Below are positions 49,392 through 64,000 of a stretch of 64,000 nucleotides of DNA, piece by piece. The translations under genes and the position numbers were made by a program. Position 1 is the stretch's first letter. Every line of letters starts with the position of its first letter. Origin of the DNA: Eledone cirrhosa (lineage: Eukaryota); assembly GCA_964016885.1 (NCBI GenBank), contig OZ024754.1:23932001-23996000 (forward strand), written 5' to 3'. The notes under the pieces were generated by a model. The model worked only from the letters and a program-made list of their open reading frames with translations, was not told the DNA's origin and did no database searches.

Positions 49392-52106
49392 TTATCTCCA
49401 GCCTGTATAGGTTGGCCACTGGTGTAGGAGGGAGTTTGTTGCTGCTGCCCTTAGGTTTCCCTCATGTCTTGCTGTGGGCTCATCCGGGATCCTGGATAAC
49501 AAGGTGTCGAGATGTTTCTTAAAGACATCCACCTCCACGTCATGCAAGTCTCTCAGATGCCTCGGCAGCCTGTTGAAGAGTTGAGGGCCCTTGAATCCCA
49601 GGCTATTGCAATACCTGCTCCTTATTCTAGATGTGGAAGACGGGACCTTTGGCACCACACAGTGACGTCCTGTTCGACGGTTGGTCCAGCTCCCAATGCC
49701 AAAGTTTGGTGCTAGTCCCTCCAGGATTTTCCACATGTAGATCACTGCGTATCTCTCCCGTCTTCGCTCCAAGGAGTAGAGGTTCAGTTCCTTCAGCCTC
49801 TCCCAGTAGCTTGTCTCCCTCATCTTGGCAATCCTCTTGGTGTAGCTTCGCTGGATTGCCTCAAGCTCCGTGGTTAGTTTGACACTATGGGGTGACCACA
49901 GCTGGGAGCAGTAGTCCAGGCGGCTTAGGACAAAAGTCCTCCACAGTGTCAACATGGTGTCTCGATCTCTTGTAAGGAAAGTCCTCAAGATCCAGCCAGC
50001 GAATCGTCTACATGTTGTCGCCACCTTCATGATGTGTGAAGAAAAAGATGCATCATCGCTCATGTCTATGCCCAGGTCTCGTATCGATTTTGACACGGAG
50101 ATATCGGCCCCTCCTGGTCCTGTGTAGCTGTGTTCCACTATATTTGTGTTTGCAGGTTTGTATTGTAGGGCTTGGAATTTGCCAGCATTAAACTGCATGT
50201 TGTTTTCTTCCGCCCATCTGTATATGGCATCCAGATCCTGCTGTAAAAGGGCAGCGTCAGCCGGGTTTTTGATTGCCTGTGCTACCTTAGTGTCATCAGC
50301 ATAGCTAGTGAGGGATGTTGTTGCATGCACCACAGAGGGCATGTCCGAGAGAGCCACCAAAAACAGTAGTGGTCCCAGGACTGTCCCCTGAGGCACCCCA
50401 CTTGTTATCGGTGTTTCCCTCGAGAGGGCCCCATTTGCTGCGACTGCCTGGCTTCTGTCCCTTAGGAAGCCATGCAGCCACTCACCTACTTTTCCAGTTA
50501 TGCCGAGTCTGTGTAGTTTGTGACATATCATTCCGTGGTCGACCTTGTCAAAGGCCTTCGCAAAGTCAAGATATATCACGTCTACATGTGAGCTGTCTAG
50601 TAGTTGTCTCAGTACCCAGTCGTAGTGATGTAGCAGCTGCGTAAGGCAGCTTCTTCCTGGGCGGAAGCCATGTTGCGTGCTAGTCAGGCGGTCATTTTCT
50701 TCGAGGAAAGTTTCTTTTGCAAATTTAAAGAAGGCCTTAGGGTTTATTTTAATGTTTTCTATGGCCCTGTTCTCTTTCTTTGCCCTCTCATTCTCATGTG
50801 AAAGTTTGAGTGCAATCTCGGTGTCAAGTAGTGCACGTTTCAAATGGGATTCCTTCTTGTTTTTGTTTTGTTGACTATTCAACTGGTTTGAGAGTTTAGT
50901 TCTACGTCTCATAAGGATTTTCCTATCTCTGGGAATAAGATTTCTGTGTCTGTTTGCCTCTTTCTCCGGGACACAGTTTTTGGATATGGTGTGTATCGTT
51001 GTCATGAAGTGTTGAAATTGTGTGTTAGTGTCTTGTGTGGCAGTGTTTTCACTCCATGTTTGCTTCCGGATTTCACTCTTAATCTTTTTCCAGTTAGCCT
51101 TGTAGAAGTTAAGGTTGGATAGCGTCCCGGAGCTTCTTGGTGGTTTTGTCTCTGTTGGTTCTCTTGGACCACATATCATTAGCTCTACTAAGTTATGATC
51201 CGAGAGAATTGTTGGTGTCACCTTTAAATTGTGGATGAGCACTTCGTTGTTTGTAAAACAGAGGTCCAGGACATTTTCGCCTCTTGTTGGGAGGAGTATT
51301 GCTTGCTCCATGAACAGCCTGTGTGTGAGGGCCAGCAGGGATTCCGTCTGTCTCTGTTCTATTGACGTCATTCCAGGGAGGCGGTGGCCCTCAGGCCATT
51401 TGACCTTTGGTAGGTTGAAGTCTCCCAGCAGTAGGATGTTGAGACCCTGGTCCAGTTTGTCAAGGACATCTTCTATCCTACTTAGGCTATGCTCAAATTT
51501 ACCCTCATGACTGGGGGCATCGGGCGGCCGATATGTGACACATATTACCGTCTGTAGTTGCTTCATATGTATTATCAGTGTGTCACAGACTGGGTTTGAA
51601 TGTGTCAACAGTACAATTGGTGTGACATCTTCACGGATATACAGAGCAACCTCACCATGAGTTCTCTCCTTCCTGTCCGAACGAAATACAGTATATTTCG
51701 GTATATGTATTTCTGCATCTGCTATACTGCTTGTCAGGTGCGTTTCGGTTAGTGCCATGCATAGTGCTTGATTGCTTATGGCTAAGTCTCCCAGGTAGGA
51801 AATTTTACTCATGTTGCTGAGTTTCACCAGGCCCCTGACATTCAGCAGCAGCACTGGTGTGACTTTTGGGGTGCCAGTAATGGCTGTCGGTATGACACCT
51901 GGTCTGGTGTCAGCGGCGGCCACTCTGGGTCCCTTAACTGCGGTGGTCTCGAGTGCTGGTGTGGATGACCCTGGCTCTGGAGACGATGCAGGCAGGTCAG
52001 CTATACCACAATCTTCTCTGCCATCACTAAAAAAATTTTCTGATCTGCTGCTGCCATCTGTATCTCGTCGGCATGTGCGTGCCTTCTCCTTGTTGGTGCA
52101 GCACAC
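49392..52106 (-). CDS. LINE D ORF2 (APE + RT lacking ~168 aa of the N-terminal RT region)
   Basis: 904-aa open frame. The junction FAKET|FLEEND is evident by comparison with copy 1. Confidence 0.88.
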   Translation of the reverse strand: MCCTNKEKARTCRRDTDGSSRSENFFSDGREDCGIADLPASSPEPGSSTPALETTAVKGPRVAAADTRPGVIPTAITGTPKVTPVLLLNVRGLVKLSNMSKISYLGDLAISNQALCMALTETHLTSSIADAEIHIPKYTVFRSDRKERTHGEVALYIREDVTPIVLLTHSNPVCDTLIIHMKQLQTVICVTYRPPDAPSHEGKFEHSLSRIEDVLDKLDQGLNILLLGDFNLPKVKWPEGHRLPGMTSIEQRQTESLLALTHRLFMEQAILLPTRGENVLDLCFTNNEVLIHNLKVTPTILSDHNLVELMICGPREPTETKPPRSSGTLSNLNFYKANWKKIKSEIRKQTWSENTATQDTNTQFQHFMTTIHTISKNCVPEKEANRHRNLIPRDRKILMRRRTKLSNQLNSQQNKNKKESHLKRALLDTEIALKLSHENERAKKENRAIENIKINPKAFFKFAKETFLEENDRLTSTQHGFRPGRSCLTQLLHHYDWVLRQLLDSSHVDVIYLDFAKAFDKVDHGMICHKLHRLGITGKVGEWLHGFLRDRSQAVAANGALSRETPITSGVPQGTVLGPLLFLVALSDMPSVVHATTSLTSYADDTKVAQAIKNPADAALLQQDLDAIYRWAEENNMQFNAGKFQALQYKPANTNIVEHSYTGPGGADISVSKSIRDLGIDMSDDASFSSHIMKVATTCRRFAGWILRTFLTRDRDTMLTLWRTFVLSRLDYCSQLWSPHSVKLTTELEAIQRSYTKRIAKMRETSYWERLKELNLYSLERRRERYAVIYMWKILEGLAPNFGIGSWTNRRTGRHCVVPKVPSSTSRIRSRYCNSLGFKGPQLFNRLPRHLRDLHDVEVDVFKKHLDTLLSRIPDEPTARHEGNLRAAATNSLLHQWPTYTGWR

Positions 52107-52813
52107 GCGACATCAGCATACTTCTGGAGCGGCTTATTTCGGCTTTGGCTGGGGCATGTTGCGCGAGTATGATGGGCATAGTTCGTTTGAGTCATAGGGT
52201 GGGCGAAACTGCATCCCATCCCTGTCTCTCCATGCCAGCATGTCTCGTTCTTGAAAAACTTGCACATTACTTGGGGTTTTTTGCTCCCAGTGTCTCGGTG
52301 CTTTCTGTTCTTTCTTTGAACAGTTGTCCACTGGTCCCTCTGCGCTTGGTTCTGCTTCGGAAGGTGATTTCGCTTTTCACCTTTGCCCTTAGCTTGTTGG
52401 TTGCCCGGCCTGCCCTCCCTGCCTGTGGCGGAGGGTATATCATTTTCTTTCAGGTCCGTGCTTGTGCTCTCCTCCTTTTCTTTTTCTTTTTCTTTTTCTT
52501 TTTCTTTTTCTTTTTCCTCTTCCTTTTCCCTCTCCTTCTCCTCATCGCTCCCTTCGGTTTTCTTCTCCCTGAGGACACGGCTTAGCATCGCCATATGAGG
52601 CGCTATGAGGACATACGCCTTCTCAATTTCTTTTCTCTTTCTCTCTATCTGTGCCAGGGTCCTCAGAAACCCATGGCTCTTCAGGTTCTCCGCCATCTTT
52701 TTGCTTGGTGGAGACCCATCAGCCATGGTCCACCCCTTGATCAAAACCGCTAGTTCCATCTTTGACCAGTTTCGTTGACTCCTGATTTCACCTTTTTCCT
52801 GCATGCAGTCCAT
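52001..52813 (-). CDS. LINE D ORF1: Myb/SANT-like N-terminus, (KE)n tract, CCCH zinc finger; premature stop relative to copy 1
   Basis: [36 protein letters not shown] and [23 protein letters not shown]. Confidence 0.75.
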   Translation of the reverse strand: MDCMQEKGEIRSQRNWSKMELAVLIKGWTMADGSPPSKKMAENLKSHGFLRTLAQIERKRKEIEKAYVLIAPHMAMLSRVLREKKTEGSDEEKEREKEEEKEKEKEKEKEKEKEESTSTDLKENDIPSATGREGRPGNQQAKGKGEKRNHLPKQNQAQRDQWTTVQRKNRKHRDTGSKKPQVMCKFFKNETCWHGETGMGCSFAHPMTQTNYAHHTRATCPSQSRNKPLQKYADVACAAPTRRRHAHADEIQMAAADQKIFLVMAEKIVV

Positions 52814-52882
52814 TTCGCTGTGGAGGGGAGAAAGAGAGACAGTGGGAAGTGTAGGGTAGAGGTTATATATATATATATATAC

Positions 52883-53023
<141 letters not shown>

Positions 53024-53026
53024 CAC

Positions 53027-53057
<31 letters not shown>

Positions 53058-53099
53058 CATATATACATATATATATACATATATATATATAATATATAC

Positions 53100-53152
<53 letters not shown>

Positions 53153-53157
53153 CATAA

Positions 53158-53212
<55 letters not shown>

Positions 53213-53291
53213 CATATATATACATATACATATATATACATATACATATATATATATACATATACATATATATATATACATATATACATAC

Positions 53292-53395
<104 letters not shown>

Positions 53396-53397
53396 AT

Positions 53398-53454
<57 letters not shown>

Positions 53455-53514
53455 CATATATATATATACATATACATATATATATATACATATATATATA
53501 TACATATATATACA

Positions 53515-53626
<112 letters not shown>

Positions 53627-53627
53627 C

Positions 53628-53663
<36 letters not shown>

Positions 53664-54074
53664 ATATGAATCTAAATTTGGCGCGGTCGGTTTGAGAAAT
53701 TAAATGTCTGATTCTGAGTTTGTCTCCTGATGATTCCTAACTCAGGACAATTCCATATTATTTGGATGTCCTAAATAAGGAAGAAACCATGGTAGAGATA
53801 TAATTACGGTATGTACGCATTTCTTCTAAGTTTAATTTTACTACTGCGGTTGATGGTATATTTGATCGGATTCTGCATGCTGCGGGAGTGTTTGATAAAT
53901 AGTGGAACGGAGCTACCGCGAACTAACTGCGATCAATTGTTTGTCAGAGATTTCCCCGTTAGAAAATTTCTTCTTAAAGCTTGCTAGATTTGATTATGTA
54001 TATGGTTAATTATGCTAATTAGAAGAAGAAATATTATATATTTTAATATCTGATTGATTCTATAGACATGATTT

Positions 54075-55313
<1,239 letters not shown>

Positions 55314-55482
55314 ATAATATGTTGAGAAGGTAACACACCAGAGAGAGATATATAGTGCGTTATCAATAATACAGGGAAAAAACCACCAGTGTATGGAATC
55401 TATAACCTATGAAAGGCAGACTATAGACACGATAATTAAAAATATAAATTAAAGCGTAAATAAATACCTTTATAACTATATA

Positions 55483-55563
55483 ACACACGTACAAATCCAA
55501 AGATATGTTTCGCCAAAAAATTTGTTGAAAGAAATGGTCTAGTCTCGGTTCATCAGCGTGTGT
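55483..55563 (-). ncRNA. Type I hammerhead family H
   Basis: Reverse complement of 56192-56272. Confidence 0.8.
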
Positions 55564-56191
55564 AAGGCCATACATTTCAGACAACACTAAGAGAATTTTA
55601 CAATTGACTGTCCAGCTACACGTGGGAGAGAGAAGTCACAGCGTGTTTAAGGGCAGTGAACCAGTGGCCTCTGAGAGACGAACTGCTAGAAAGGGCAGCC
55701 CAAAGCCACTCAGAGAAGTGTGCTCAACCAAACAGAGATAGGAAAGACTGTTGTTAGGCGCGAAATATCACGATAAATTAACGGAGGCATAGGCCGTCGT
55801 TATTCCCTGTAAATAATGTGCTCAAAGGGGAAGAGATCCTGAGCCCTTTAAAATATAATATGTTGAGAAGGTAACACACCAGAGAGAGATATATAGTGCG
55901 TTATCAATAATACAGGGAAAAGAACCACCAGTGTATGGAATCTATAACCTATGAAAGGCAGACTATAGACACGATAATTAAAAATATAAATTAAAGCGTA
56001 AATAAATACCGCTCCTAACAACAGCCTTTCCTATCTCTGTTTGGTTGAGCACACTTCTCTGAGTGGCTTTGGGCTGCCCTTTCTAGCAGTTCGTCTCTCA
56101 GCCCTTAAACACGCTGTGACTTCTCTCTCCCACGTGTAGCTGGACAGTCAATTGTAAAATTCTCTTAGTGTTGTCTGAAATGTATGGCCTT

Positions 56192-56272
56192 ACACACGCT
56201 GATGAACCGAGACTAGACCATTTCTTTCAACAAATTTTTTGGCGAAACATATCTTTGGATTTGTACGTGTGT
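56192..56272 (+). ncRNA. Type I hammerhead family H with full stem III
   Basis: acacacg-CTGATGA-accgaga...ttttggc-GAAA-catatc-tttg-gatttg-TA-cgtgtgt. 7-bp stem I. Confidence 0.82.
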
Positions 56273-56617
56273 TATATAGTTATAAAGGTATTTATTTACG
56301 CTTTAATTTATATTTTTAATTATCGTGTCTATAGTCTGCCTTTCATAGGTTATAGATTCCATTATTGATAACGCACTATATATCTCTCTCTGGTGTGTTA
56401 CCTTCTCAACATATTATATTTTAAAGGGCTCAGGATCTCTTCCCCTTTGAGCACATTATTTACAGGGAATAACGACGGCCTATGCCTCCGTTAATTTATC
56501 GTGATATATGTATACATATATATGTATACATATATATATATATGTATACATATATATATATATGTATACATATATATATATATGTATACATATATATGTA
56601 TACATATATATGTATAC

Positions 56618-56710
<93 letters not shown>

Positions 56711-56753
56711 CATATATATATACATATATATATATATACATATATATATATAC

Positions 56754-56944
<191 letters not shown>

Positions 56945-56966
56945 CATATATACATGTATATACATA

Positions 56967-56998
<32 letters not shown>

Positions 56999-56999
56999 A

Positions 57000-57185
<186 letters not shown>

Positions 57186-57782
57186 TAAACGGAATAGAAA
57201 ATGCTGACAAATTGTTCACAGTTGAAAAATGGTTTAATTAGGAATAAAAGAGTATTAGTGATTGTATGGGTTTGTATTCAGTTGTGGTTTTAAGTTTTTA
57301 AGTTTTTACCGGTTGCGCATTTTTAAATGCTTTTCAAAAATTAATTTTGAGATTTAGTGTCCGTGCTGTTTGCTCTGATCTGAATAGTTTTGGGAATTCT
57401 ACCTGTTTTTATGTTAAAAAAGTGGCTCCAGCGTTATTTTTGCGTTGCAAAAATTCTTGTGGTCAAAACAATTCTGATTGGTCGTTAGAGCTCATGTGAA
57501 TGTAAAAAGTTGATTTTGCGCCAAGACTGTTTTTATGTTAAAAAAGTGGCTCCAGCAAAAATTCTTGGTCAAAACAATTTTGATTGGTCGGTAGGGGTCG
57601 TGTGAATAAAAAATTGGTTTTGCGCTAAGATTGAGAAATGACTCTTTCACAACAAATATGTCTGTGTGTGTGTGTATGTGTGTGTGTAGTAGTAGTAGTA
57701 AGGTGTTCGATGCTGCGACAATGGCCAGCAGCGATGTGTGTCAAATGGCTATTAAGATAAGTGTGTATGTGTGTGTGTGTAT

Positions 57783-58045
57783 AGGGATGGTCAGTAAGAA
57801 TGTGTCTGAAAGCAATGGGGGGTATTTTAGCACACACACACACACACACGCACTTCTCCGTATAAAACAAAAGCTCAAAAATATCTTTTGACATGCTAAA
57901 ATACCCCCCATTGCTTTCAGACACATTCTTACTGACCATCCCTGCCACCACAAATTACTCTGCTATACACACACACACACACACTTATCTTTTGACATGC
58001 TAAAATACCCCCCATTGCTTTCAGACACATTCTTACTGACCATCC

Positions 58046-58129
<84 letters not shown>

Positions 58130-58130
58130 A
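57783..58130. repeat. ~50-bp unit in one forward and two inverted copies, linked to (CA)n
   Basis: AGGGATGGTCAGTAAGAATGTGTCTGAAAGCAATGGGGGGTATTTTAGCA at 57783 (+), ~57894 (-) and ~57998 (-). Confidence 0.85.
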
Positions 58131-58261
58131 TCTTACATATATACATATATATATATACATATATATACATATATATATATACATATATATATACATATAT
58201 ATATACATATATATGAAATATATGAAATATAAGAATCAAAGAACTGTTCAAAACATTATTG

Positions 58262-58308
58262 TGCTTACAGCTGTTTCCTCCAAACCGAGGTTTGGATTCT
58301 TCGGAGCA
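58262..58308 (-). ncRNA. Hammerhead variant (CCGAAGA core)
   Basis: Reverse complement of 60480-60526. Confidence 0.78.
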
Positions 58309-59751
58309 ATTTATTAATGCATGGACAGTTATATGACCTCCTTTTCAGCCGAGAGACATACCAATACATATTCAAACATTGATACATATTCAAACATTGT
58401 GGGTCAACATTCATTACAAAATTTAGAGTGGCAGTACACACTTCGAGATTACATTTATATTAATAGGTACAATCAAAAATCAAAGATATAGGTTAAAGTA
58501 CAACATGAAGATAAGTGGTTATATAGTGCAAATGTTATATGTGTGGCACGCATGTGCGTCTTGTTTATATAGTGTGGCAGAGAGATATGTGTGGTAGAGG
58601 CACTTAGGTAGGTAAATAAGAGTGTTAGGTTGGTAGATCTGGTGGCAAAGTCTTTATATGATTGATGTAGTCTGTGTGTGGAGAAATATTATAAGTATTA
58701 AAGATAGTGCAAGCATTAAAAGTGTTATAAGTATTGGAGATGCACAACGCAGGGATGTCAAGTAATTCATGTACTTCGGCATTTTCATGGTCAAGGGAGT
58801 GTATATTTCGATTATATGCCTTTCACATAATCCACGACAATCCAGTTAGAGATCGTAGTCTGGTGTTCTTTAGTTCGATACAGGAGGTTGTTACGTTTCG
58901 AGAGACGCCATTGAATACCGGAAGTGTGTGTGTGGCTAAGGGGAGTTAATGCATGCGGGGAGGTAACTCTGGGGTTTCTATATCTAGCCAATAAAATGTG
59001 TCCCAATATGGACCCTAAATTCTATGGTGAGGTGCACCTTCCAAGAGAGACTTTTAAAGCATAAAGTGCACTAACTATAGAGTAGTTTAACTAAATTATG
59101 CTGAAGGTGATCATATTATTATTAAGGTGGATTAACCCATCTTAAGGTGCTACAAATGGAAATTATAGATGATGAGCGAGGATTCTAAATTAATGATCTC
59201 TGTGGTTGTAGTCTGCTCATATGACCAGGCGCGGTGATTGCAGGATTGCTTCAGGACCCAATGATCTCTGGTAAGATCTGGGTCATCGCTTGCTACATTG
59301 GATGTCGAAAGATAATCGTCCCCAGGCAGGCCAAAGGTCAATCCGCAGTCCTCGCGACCCCTCTCTGACCGTCAGATCATCCATATACGTACAACCCGCA
59401 CGGCAGTTGAATTGCATTCACTCACTGCGCTCAGCAGCCCGGTCCTACTGGTCAACAGCGCTACTCGATTAAATCATTTTACATCTGTCTAAGGAAGGTG
59501 TTTCCTCTGCCCAACACCATCCAACCGATCAATTCATGCTCAAATTACCCTTAGAGCGGTGTAGTGCCGTCCAGGTGGGTGGATGTTGTCACACCTGCCG
59601 TAGAGGTATAAATGGGTATTTTCCCTGCGAAGGGTTCCAGAGGGATGTCGTTGTTTGTGTTATAATGGATCAGCTAGTGTTGGGTATGTAGTATAGGGTG
59701 TGTCTCTGGTGTTTGATGCTAGATGTGGTGTTAGGTTCCAGTCCGACATTG

Positions 59752-60216
59752 CTATATATAGGGCTTAAAGTTTTGGAAGGAATGTCTGAGGCGGTGTTGG
59801 CAAGTTGCAAACACCTCAGATTTTTTGTTAAGTAGGTTACGGTTGGAGAAGATAATATTGTGTGTCTCTAGTATACAGAGGTTACAGAATTTATTAGGTG
59901 GTTTGTACGAGGTCGCGCTGCCTATCACTTCCCATTTGAGTGTGTATGGTTTATTTTTAGATTTTAGATAGTGTATGTAGCTAGAAAGTGAGGTGGAGTT
60001 GGCTAGGCTGTGCTTTTTGAACGAGTGGATGTGCGAGTTATATCTAATTTTGAAGCAGTTAGAAGTGGAGCCTACATAGGTTTCTGAAGAGTTATTAGTC
60101 GTGACTGTGCATGAGTATATGACATCCTTGGTTAGGCATTTTTTATCTAAGGGGCAGGTTCTATTAGCTCTACAGTTACAATTATTCTGTGCGTTAGTCC
60201 GCTGGTTATAATGCAA
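59752..60216 (-). pseudogene. PLE GIY-YIG endonuclease domain (same type as PLE-C/D)
   Basis: CNCRANRTCPLDKKC, VIYSC..TYVGST and CNLCILE motifs. Confidence 0.9.
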
Positions 60217-60479
60217 TGCGGAAGTCTGTGTGGTGGATATAGGATTTTGGGTGTTCAGGTTGACAACCCTGGTGTTATTACTTATACTAGTGTTATTTCT
60301 ATTGTTACTGCCGTTGCTATTGTTGCTTGCTACAGTGGTATTTAGAGGGTTTGCATCCCGTTGTGATTTTGTAATGAATGTTGACCCACAATGTTTGAAT
60401 ATGTATCAATGTTTGAATATGTATTGGTATGTCTCTCGGCTGAAAAGGAGGTCATATAACTGTCCATGCATTAATAAAT

Positions 60480-60526
60480 TGCTCCGAAGAATCCAAACCT
60501 CGGTTTGGAGGAAACAGCTGTAAGCA
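60480..60526 (+). ncRNA. Hammerhead variant (CCGAAGA core)
   Basis: tgct-CCGAAGA-a-tccaaac-ctcg-gtttgga-g-GAAA-cagctg-TA-agca. Palindromic ACAGCTGT stem III. Confidence 0.8.
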
Positions 60527-60753
60527 CAATAATGTTTTGAACAGTTCTTTGATTCTTATATTTCATATAACTGCTCTGTAAATCATCTGATGTTTTTACA
60601 TTGAGCTACTTAACTTACTGGTAATAAGGTAGTAATACATTACTGCCTACCACTATTTAGGGTGTGTGTAAAATACTTACAACTGCTTAAGGTTTTGTGT
60701 TTACATAACCATAAATAGTATAACTAATACTATATACATATATATATATATAT

Positions 60754-60788
<35 letters not shown>

Positions 60789-60826
60789 CATATATACATA
60801 TATATATACATATATACATATACTCT

Positions 60827-60858
<32 letters not shown>

Positions 60859-60917
60859 CATTTATACATATATACATACATATATATATATATACATACA
60901 TATATATATATACATAC

Positions 60918-60982
<65 letters not shown>

Positions 60983-60993
60983 CATATATATAT

Positions 60994-61078
<85 letters not shown>

Positions 61079-61127
61079 CATATATATATATACATACATA
61101 TATATATATACATACATATATATATAT

Positions 61128-64000
61128 CTATCTAAGGCGGGTAAAATTCCCGAGATCCATGGACGAGTTCTCTCCAACGGTCTCTGTCCCTCATTATCGC
61201 TGCCATATCCTGCATCTCCAACAGACCAGTGTCTGTCCTTAGGGCATCAACATATGTTAACCTTGGTCTTCCTCTTCTAGTGTGTCCATGTAGGGGCTCC
61301 CAAAGGAGCACTGAGTGCAATGTCAACTCTGGATGTCGGTGAGCATGTCCAGCCAACCTCAGTCTCCTCTGTGTCACTTTTGAGCTGACTTTTGGGATGC
61401 TCCCATACAGCTCTGAGTTTTTCATCCTCAGTGTATACTGATTAATGTTCAGAGCCATCCTCAGCATTCTCGTGTAGCACCCATCCACCATCTGAGTGAG
61501 TCTCTTGGTCAGTGTCCAAGTCTCAGACCCATACAGCAGCACAGACTCCACTACAGCAATGAAGAGGCGGATTTTCAGGTCTCTACGAAGGTCCGACTTC
61601 CACACCGATCTCAAGCTGTGACACGCCGCCCAGGCCTTGCGCTTCCTCTCAACCACATTATCTTCCGTATTCCCAATCTTTGCTCCCAAATACAGGAAGT
61701 CCTCAACCAATTCCAGCGGCTTCCCGCCTACATTAGTGATCCCCTCTGGCTTCTCAACATTCTCTACCAGATATTCTGTTTTAGTCTCATTCATTCTCAG
61801 CCCCACACTCATCGACACAGTCTCAACCTCCCGCATCAAATCCTCTGCCTCCTTCACTGTATTTGTCACCAAAACTATGTCGTCGGCAAATTCAGCATCC
61901 GATACCTTTTTCGCCCCAACTCTCCTGCTCTGAGCCGGTGCTACAGTAAAGCCAGTGTCCTGGTGTTTCTCCAGTGCAAGGCGCATACAATAGTCCACTA
62001 CGATGATAAAAAGGTAGGGAGCCAATGTATCTCCCTGGAGCACTCCAGCCAGTATCTCAAAGAACTCTGTCATCCCATCAGGTGTAATGACTTGGGCTTT
62101 GGTGTTGGTGTAGAGCAGTGATATCAGGTCCACTATCCTCTTGGGGATTCCATAAGCCTGTAAGATCTTCATCAGGCAGTAACGGTCCACAGAATCAAAG
62201 GCCTTCCTAAAGTCAATGAAAACCATGACCGCAGGAAGGCACTTTGCTCTAGCTCCCTCTAATATCCTCCTCAGCATCAGGATGTGACTGGTGGTTGATC
62301 TACCCTCTCTGAAGCCGTTCTGGTTGTCCCTGAGCTTCTTCTCCATCTCAGGCTGGATCCTCTTAAGAATCATCCTGTTGAGGGTCTTTGCCACAAGTGA
62401 CGTCAGTGAGATCCCCGGTAGTTGTTGGTGTTAGAGAGATCTCCCTTCTTTGGCACTGGGACGATGTTACTGATCCTCCACTGATTCGGGGCAACTCCTT
62501 TCTCCAGTGCCCCGTTACAGAACCCCAGGATGATATCATCAAAATCACACCTCTTCATCACCTCTGATGCCACTCCATCTTCTCCATGAGCCTTGCCCTC
62601 CTTGATCTTCTTCTTGGCTCTCTGAAGCTCCTCTCTGGTGAAGGGCTCTGTCTCAACATCCAGTTCCTCAAACAGCCGCCTGATCTCCCCAGTGCTCCGG
62701 GCTGTGGAGGGTGGCTCTCCTAGTAGGGTCCTAAAATGGTCTGGCCATTTCCTCTTCCTATCCTTGGGCCCCGTTCCCTGGATCTGACTCGAACACCTTT
62801 TCTTCCTCCCTGTGATCTCGTTGATGATCATCCAGCTCTCCTTACATCCAGATCTGTCAACCGCTCTCTCCACACTTCTGATCTTCTCTATCAGTGCCTC
62901 CTCTCTGACCTCAGTGTAAGCGGTACAGAGCTCTTCCCTCATCACCTCCACAGTCTCCATCCTCTCCTCCGTAGGATCAGCATAGAATTGGTCCCTGGCA
63001 GCTTTCAGGTGTTCTCTGGCTGCACACACTTTTGGGTTTGCAGAGCTGACGTGCTTCCCTTTGTTCTTTTTCCTCGGCACCAGGGTTTCACTTGCTTTCG
63101 CCACTGCATTGGTGAAGTGCCCGTACCTCCTCGTCACACTCTCCTCAGTCCATCCAATCTCTCTCTCCTCTGACTCTCCACACAGAGCACTAAACCTGTT
63201 TCTCACTTCCACTGTGAACCTCTCCTGTAGCTTATCATCTTCCTTGAAAGATCCCCAGTCATAGATTGTTCTCCGGGGCTGAGCCTTGCTCTTTCTTAAG
63301 CTCACGCGGACCTCACTCATAACAAGCCGGTGGTCACTACCCAGTGTACTGAAATAGCTGTATGGTTCAGTGTTCAGAACACTATTCCGCCACTTTTTCC
63401 TCACCAGAATGATATCAATCTGGGACTTGGACAGGTGCATATCTGAGATGTAGGTCCACATCTTCCCCAGATTCTTCCTAAACCTTAGGTTGGTCGCCAT
63501 CAAGTTCGCCTCCAGCAGGGTGTCTCTCAGTAGTCTTCCATTTCGGTTGGTGTTGTTATGGAAGTACCAGCAAGGATCTTCACTGCCCTCCTTACTCAGA
63601 TGTGCATTGAAGTCCCCCAAAACAAGCAGGATATTGTGTGCCTGAGTGGTGTTGACAGCTCTACACACCTCCTCATGGAACTCCTCGGCATTCACATCAC
63701 TGTCCCCCTCGGTTGGACTATAGGCTGAGATGACTGTCAGTCTTGGGTTTCCATTGAAGGTCACCCTCAACACTCGCGGGGAGATAGGCATTATTTCCCT
63801 CACCAACAAATTGGTTTTTGCACTGAACACAAAACCCACTCCTCCCACTGCAGCATTTGTTGTGTTCTTCACTGCCGATGTAGTGATGAGCTGGCTCTTC
63901 CTCCCGATCATCACACTCCTCACGGGCTCATCGTGTAGAATCCTGTGTTCTTGGATCGCAAGTATCTGTATACCACTCTCCTCGAACAGATGTCCCAACT
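61128..64000 (-). mobile_element. RTE-group LINE, near-complete APE-RT ORF with a single 1-bp frameshift; 5' end beyond window
   Basis: ORFs 62403-63998 (LAIQEHR, GGVG, YSPT, GDFNA, SDH) and 61132-62394 (QGDTLAP, FADD). The G5 run of the 18417 copy is G4 here (~62413). Confidence 0.95.

Larger units (their letters stand above)
49318..52862 (-). mobile_element. CR1-group LINE family D, copy 2 (apparent intact 5' end, internal deletion)
   Basis: ~50-nt leader, ORF1, overlapping ORF2 and TAAAAGAG tail. (TA)n on both sides. Confidence 0.93.
55314..56508. mobile_element. Non-coding HHR element (family H): 541-bp unit x1.3 plus an inverted full monomer
   Basis: 55314-55469 is repeated at 55855-56010. 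56011-56508 is a reverse-complement permuted monomer with two small deletions. Confidence 0.88.
58220..60567 (-). mobile_element. PLE-H 3' fragment bounded by ~200-bp inverted pLTRs
   Basis: 58220-58422 is the reverse complement of 60366-60567. GIY-YIG ORF at 59752-60216. Confidence 0.88.

Noticed and set aside
53725-53760. CTGATGA-t-tcct..agga-c hammerhead-like start
   Set aside because: No GAAA box or stem III follows. The adjacent LPYLG-like peptide on - is too weak to call a PLE.

Overview
Animal (probably invertebrate) genomic DNA with no recognisable host gene. The window is a mosaic of long, degenerate (TA)n microsatellites, which produce all the YIYIYI-type ORFs, and most transposable-element blocks are bordered by them. 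It holds at least seven Penelope-like element (PLE) families (RT and/or GIY-YIG), two CR1-group LINE families (APE+RT, one with a Myb/SANT-like + CCCH ORF1), four pieces of one RTE-group LINE, a non-autonomous Helitron and a hAT-type MITE. Read by eye, the non-coding DNA contains about 10 families of type I hammerhead ribozyme (HHR) motif, over 25 copies in all. Some sit in PLE 3' ends (pLTRs). Others sit in non-coding, circularly permuted tandem/inverted units of 310 bp (x8), ~472 bp and 541 bp that look like retrozymes copied from circular RNA. The most notable locus is a 310-bp x8 HHR array fused to a PLE-type 3' end and capped by an inversion. All folds and family assignments were made by manual inspection, with no database search.
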